Of a stretch of DNA of 64,000 nucleotides, positions 58,882 to 64,000 are shown piece by piece (position 1 is the stretch's first letter; the number at the start of each line of letters is the position of its first letter). Origin of the DNA: Gammaproteobacteria bacterium. Lineage in GTDB: Bacteria; Pseudomonadota; Gammaproteobacteria; Xanthomonadales; Wenzhouxiangellaceae. Under the pieces are notes generated by a model. The model had not been told where the DNA came from, searched no databases, and saw only the letters and a list, made by a program, of their open reading frames with translations. The stretch is from positions 5,559 to 69,558 of the forward strand of contig JAJFKY010000020.1 of the NCBI GenBank assembly GCA_021772975.1, read 5' to 3'. A program made the position numbers and the translations under genes.

Positions 58882-59703
58882 ATGGATAATCTGCGCTGGA
58901 TTTTAATCGTGGTGGGCGTGCTGGTTCTGCTTGGCATCGTCCTGTTTGCCAATCCCAACCGCCCGGTCAGATCCGCGCGTGCGCGCAAGCCGGCGCGCCC
59001 GTCAGCGGCGAAAAGAGTCGAGCCCAAACTGGATGTTGTTGCATCCGACAACCAGTCACCGCCCGGTGAAAACATGCAGCAGCAGGCTATAGCAGGGCTG
59101 GAAGCAGAACCGCCGGAACAACAGCAACCCGGGCAGCAGCCAGCGGCACAAGCCGGGGCATCTGAACCGGTTGATAGAGACGCTCCCGAGCATACCGTCA
59201 GCAGTGCTGAATATGCTGCAGCCACCAGGTCCGTGGCCGATACCGTAGCCACCGCCGATGACGCACCGTTATCGGATCAGGTGCCTGGTGCTGATCAGAT
59301 CGTGACGCTGTACGTGGTGGCCAGGCAGCGGCACCCGATCAGCGGGGTCGAACTGCTCGATGCCGCCCTGAAGGCCGGTTTAAGCTTTGGCGCTCAGGAT
59401 ATTTTTCACCGCTTGCCCCAGGGCAGCGATAAGCCGATGTTTTCGATGGCCAACCTGACTGCGCCCGGTTATTTTGATCGGACCGCCTGGAACCTGTTCG
59501 AAACCCAGGGAGTGACATTGTTCATGACCCTGCCGGGTCCGACCTCGGCATTGGTTGCCTGGGACTCGATGCTGGCTACCGCGGAGCGTTTGGCGGAGTT
59601 GCTGAAAGCTGAGGTTCAGGATCAACAACGGCAGGCATTGACGCGCCAGACCATTGCCCATCAGCGGGAAGCGATGCGCAGTTATGATCGGCAGCAGCAC
59701 TAG
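58882..59703 (+). CDS. zipA: Cell division protein ZipA
   Basis: MDNLRWILIVVGVLVLLGIVLF TM anchor, a P/Q-rich linker and a C-terminal FtsZ-binding domain. It lies in the smc-zipA-ligA arrangement. The GTG at 58876 is also possible. Confidence 0.9.
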   Translation: MDNLRWILIVVGVLVLLGIVLFANPNRPVRSARARKPARPSAAKRVEPKLDVVASDNQSPPGENMQQQAIAGLEAEPPEQQQPGQQPAAQAGASEPVDRDAPEHTVSSAEYAAATRSVADTVATADDAPLSDQVPGADQIVTLYVVARQRHPISGVELLDAALKAGLSFGAQDIFHRLPQGSDKPMFSMANLTAPGYFDRTAWNLFETQGVTLFMTLPGPTSALVAWDSMLATAERLAELLKAEVQDQQRQALTRQTIAHQREAMRSYDRQQH

Positions 59704-61809
<2,106 letters not shown>

Positions 61810-61834
61810 CCGCCAAGCAATGCTGCCTGGGTAG

Positions 61835-62665
61835 CTAGGGCGTTGGTTGTTTCTCAGGCACGATCAGCCCCTGTAGTCGGATAGCGCCACTATGGCTTGT
61901 AAGCTTGATCACGGAACCGTCCCGGCCAATCTGTACTTGCCCGGATTTCAACGCCGCGCCTGATTCGCGATCAATAGCAATCGAATAATCCGTGGTTATC
62001 GGTCCACGGGTAGCAAGCTTGATCCGGGCATTGGCACCCTGCAGGAAAATACAGCGAATGTCCCCCGTCAGCGTTGATAGATCAACAGCATGTGACGCGC
62101 CGGTCTGGTGCAGATGGGCGATAATGGAGCCGCGTTCGGTGTGGGCCGTGATATCTCCAGTCCCTTTGTATTCTATATTACCCCGCTTGCTGCTAAGTTT
62201 TGCCCCGGCCCGCACTTTTTTGGTTTCGATCAGACCATTAACCGTTTCGATCTCCAGCCTCAGACCTTCAGGAACCAGCAATCCGACATCAATACGCCGT
62301 TTGGCCCACGCTTCATTTTCAGCTATTTCCAGATAAGCGAAATCGACCGTCAATACATGCTGGGCGTTGCTGTCCCCGGATTCATCAGGAATGAAGCGTA
62401 GCTTGGGTGTACGCGGATCATCTGAGCGGTACTGGGCGATAGCGGTCACCTGAATGCGATCGGTGTCCGCGGCTTCAATCCGCACATCACCGAATGGATG
62501 ACTAAACACCAGCACATCGTCGGCGGCGACGGTAAGGGAATCTTTGAGGGTATTCAACAACCACTGCGGCTCTTCAGCAGTGGTGTTGTCCTGGGCAAAA
62601 ACAAGCGAGCCTGACAGTAGTGCAAATAGCAACACCGTCGCCATTTGCGAGCACGATTTAATCAT
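61835..62665 (-). CDS. Secreted beta-strand-repeat protein (DUF4097/putative-adhesin-like)
   Basis: Signal peptide, then repeated G-x-I/V short beta-repeat pattern (NGLIETKK, RGNIEYKG, TGDITAHT, RGSIIAHL, TGDIRCIF, SGAIRLQG). Confidence 0.5.
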   Translation of the reverse strand: MIKSCSQMATVLLFALLSGSLVFAQDNTTAEEPQWLLNTLKDSLTVAADDVLVFSHPFGDVRIEAADTDRIQVTAIAQYRSDDPRTPKLRFIPDESGDSNAQHVLTVDFAYLEIAENEAWAKRRIDVGLLVPEGLRLEIETVNGLIETKKVRAGAKLSSKRGNIEYKGTGDITAHTERGSIIAHLHQTGASHAVDLSTLTGDIRCIFLQGANARIKLATRGPITTDYSIAIDRESGAALKSGQVQIGRDGSVIKLTSHSGAIRLQGLIVPEKQPTP

Positions 62666-62736
62666 AAGCTTTGGATTTTTGTCAGCAACCGCCCGGATAT
62701 GATTCCGGGCGGTGAGTCAGTAATGTCAAACCGTTA

Positions 62737-64000
62737 TTACGGTGCAAGAGGTTCTTCAAAGCCATCCTGGAAGAACTCTTCGCCGAGTTCAAACCGGAAC
62801 GCACCTACCCAGACACTACGCTGATTGGTGGCGTCCATGCGCTGATTGATGTACCAGAATATATTTTCATTGGCGGGATCAACATCCATCGAGGTGTAAT
62901 CACCCCAGCGCTGGTTGGACTGCAGGGTGGCGATGCCTGGCACCAGGGTGGTTTCTGCCAGGGTCATTTGATTGAGTGGGTCATCGCCGCGGCGCGCGGT
63001 TACCCGGATTTCCGGGAACAGGGTATCCGAGCTGGCGCTGTAACCCAGTGCGATATCACCATTGCCGTTAATGGCCATTGCGCCCATGAAGCGGTAGGTA
63101 TCGTCGGGGCTGTAGGTGGAATCCTGCCGCAGGGTCCAGCCGGAACCTCTGACGTTGTTGTCCCGGAAAATTTCCCACCAGCGAATACCGGCCACGCCGC
63201 CGCCGACATCAACCACCTGGTTGATAACCATCGATTCGGTATTACCGGCCATCGAACGATAATGCAATTGCCGCAATGCGCGGTTGAACAACGCATCAAT
63301 CAAACTGGCGGTGCCCGGTTGGGGTATACAGTCACGCACACCTGGCGAGCATGGCAATAAAGCAAAGGGTGCCGGGGTCAGGGTCTGTGCCAGCGTAAAG
63401 GTGGAATTGGCAGGCGTATCCCAATCTACCGCGTATTCATAAAGTTCCAGCCGGGTGGTGGGGTCACCACTGTCCATGGTCTCATGCACCGAACGGACGA
63501 ACGGGTTGGGCGGGCTGACACCCGGCGGCGGTATGTCGCCATCAAAATCAGCCGGGAGAATACGGGTTACGCGGGGTGAGGAGCCACTAAGCGCGGGAAT
63601 CTCAAAACGTTGAAAAGTTGCCGGCAGGCCCTGCAGCATGTTTTCGCGGTCAAAGGCGTAAATTCCCAAGCTTGGGAATTCAAAGCTGGACACGTAGTAA
63701 GCATCCGGCCATACGCCGTATTGTGGATAATCCGGGAACAACGGGGCTGAGAAAGCGTATGAAAACCAGCCACCAGCTACCGGGTCAGGGGTTTGCGAGA
63801 TATAAATGCAAAAACTGTTGTTGGTCTGATCAAACTCCTGCATCAGCCAGCGGTCGGCCAGATTGTCATACACCACAATCGGATCACCGTCGCCATCCTG
63901 ACAGGGCGATGCGCCGCCTCCCCATAAAGTGTTCAGGGTGGTGGGGGGCACCAGATTATTGCCCTGCTTGTCCCAGATCGCGAAGCGTGACGCGTTGACC
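62737..64000 (-). CDS. Secreted protein of unknown function (5'-partial, continues beyond the window)
   Basis: The reading frame stays open from 63951 to the window edge (…VNASRFAIWDKQGNNLVPPTT…). It has no recognisable catalytic motif. Confidence 0.55.
   Translation of the reverse strand, partial: VNASRFAIWDKQGNNLVPPTTLNTLWGGGASPCQDGDGDPIVVYDNLADRWLMQEFDQTNNSFCIYISQTPDPVAGGWFSYAFSAPLFPDYPQYGVWPDAYYVSSFEFPSLGIYAFDRENMLQGLPATFQRFEIPALSGSSPRVTRILPADFDGDIPPPGVSPPNPFVRSVHETMDSGDPTTRLELYEYAVDWDTPANSTFTLAQTLTPAPFALLPCSPGVRDCIPQPGTASLIDALFNRALRQLHYRSMAGNTESMVINQVVDVGGGVAGIRWWEIFRDNNVRGSGWTLRQDSTYSPDDTYRFMGAMAINGNGDIALGYSASSDTLFPEIRVTARRGDDPLNQMTLAETTLVPGIATLQSNQRWGDYTSMDVDPANENIFWYINQRMDATNQRSVWVGAFRFELGEEFFQDGFEEPLAP

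Overview
This is a 64-kb chromosomal window that looks gammaproteobacterial, based on smc-zipA-ligA synteny, gyrA, and oxyR-ahpCD. By eye, G+C is in the mid-50s % in most genes. I call about 55 protein-coding genes. I found no rRNA or tRNA genes, CRISPR arrays, transposases, integrases, or recognisable phage or defence genes. All calls rest on motif recognition in the supplied ORF translations and on reading the DNA by hand; no searches were run.

Most of the window is housekeeping: gyrA, nadC, purEK, sodB, ung, trpS, queF, smc, zipA and ligA.

The stand-out feature is a minus-strand block of about 17 kb (21728-38829) holding 13 tightly packed co-directional genes, with a divergent ispA next to it. 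The block merges three things:
- A hopanoid pathway: sqs, shc, hpnG, an hpnM-like gene, hpnN, hpnA, hpnH and an hpnB-like glycosyltransferase.
- A lower mevalonate pathway: a class II HMG-CoA reductase fused in one ORF to mevalonate kinase, plus phosphomevalonate kinase, diphosphomevalonate decarboxylase and type 1 IDI.
- An embedded PAPS-type sulfotransferase.

HMG-CoA synthase and thiolase are absent from the window. The decarboxylase has no canonical start codon upstream of its conserved N-terminus.

Other points worth a second look:
- A RuBisCO-like protein fused to a C-terminal cupin.
- A lower-GC patch containing a porin, a very AT-rich 740-bp spacer, and a three-gene module: a CHASE histidine kinase, a REC plus pseudo-REC regulator with no output domain, and a periplasmic protein built from about 8 tandem ~38-aa repeats.
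- A Fur-boxed hemP / TonB-receptor / lipoprotein operon.
- An orphan hydantoinase-B gene.
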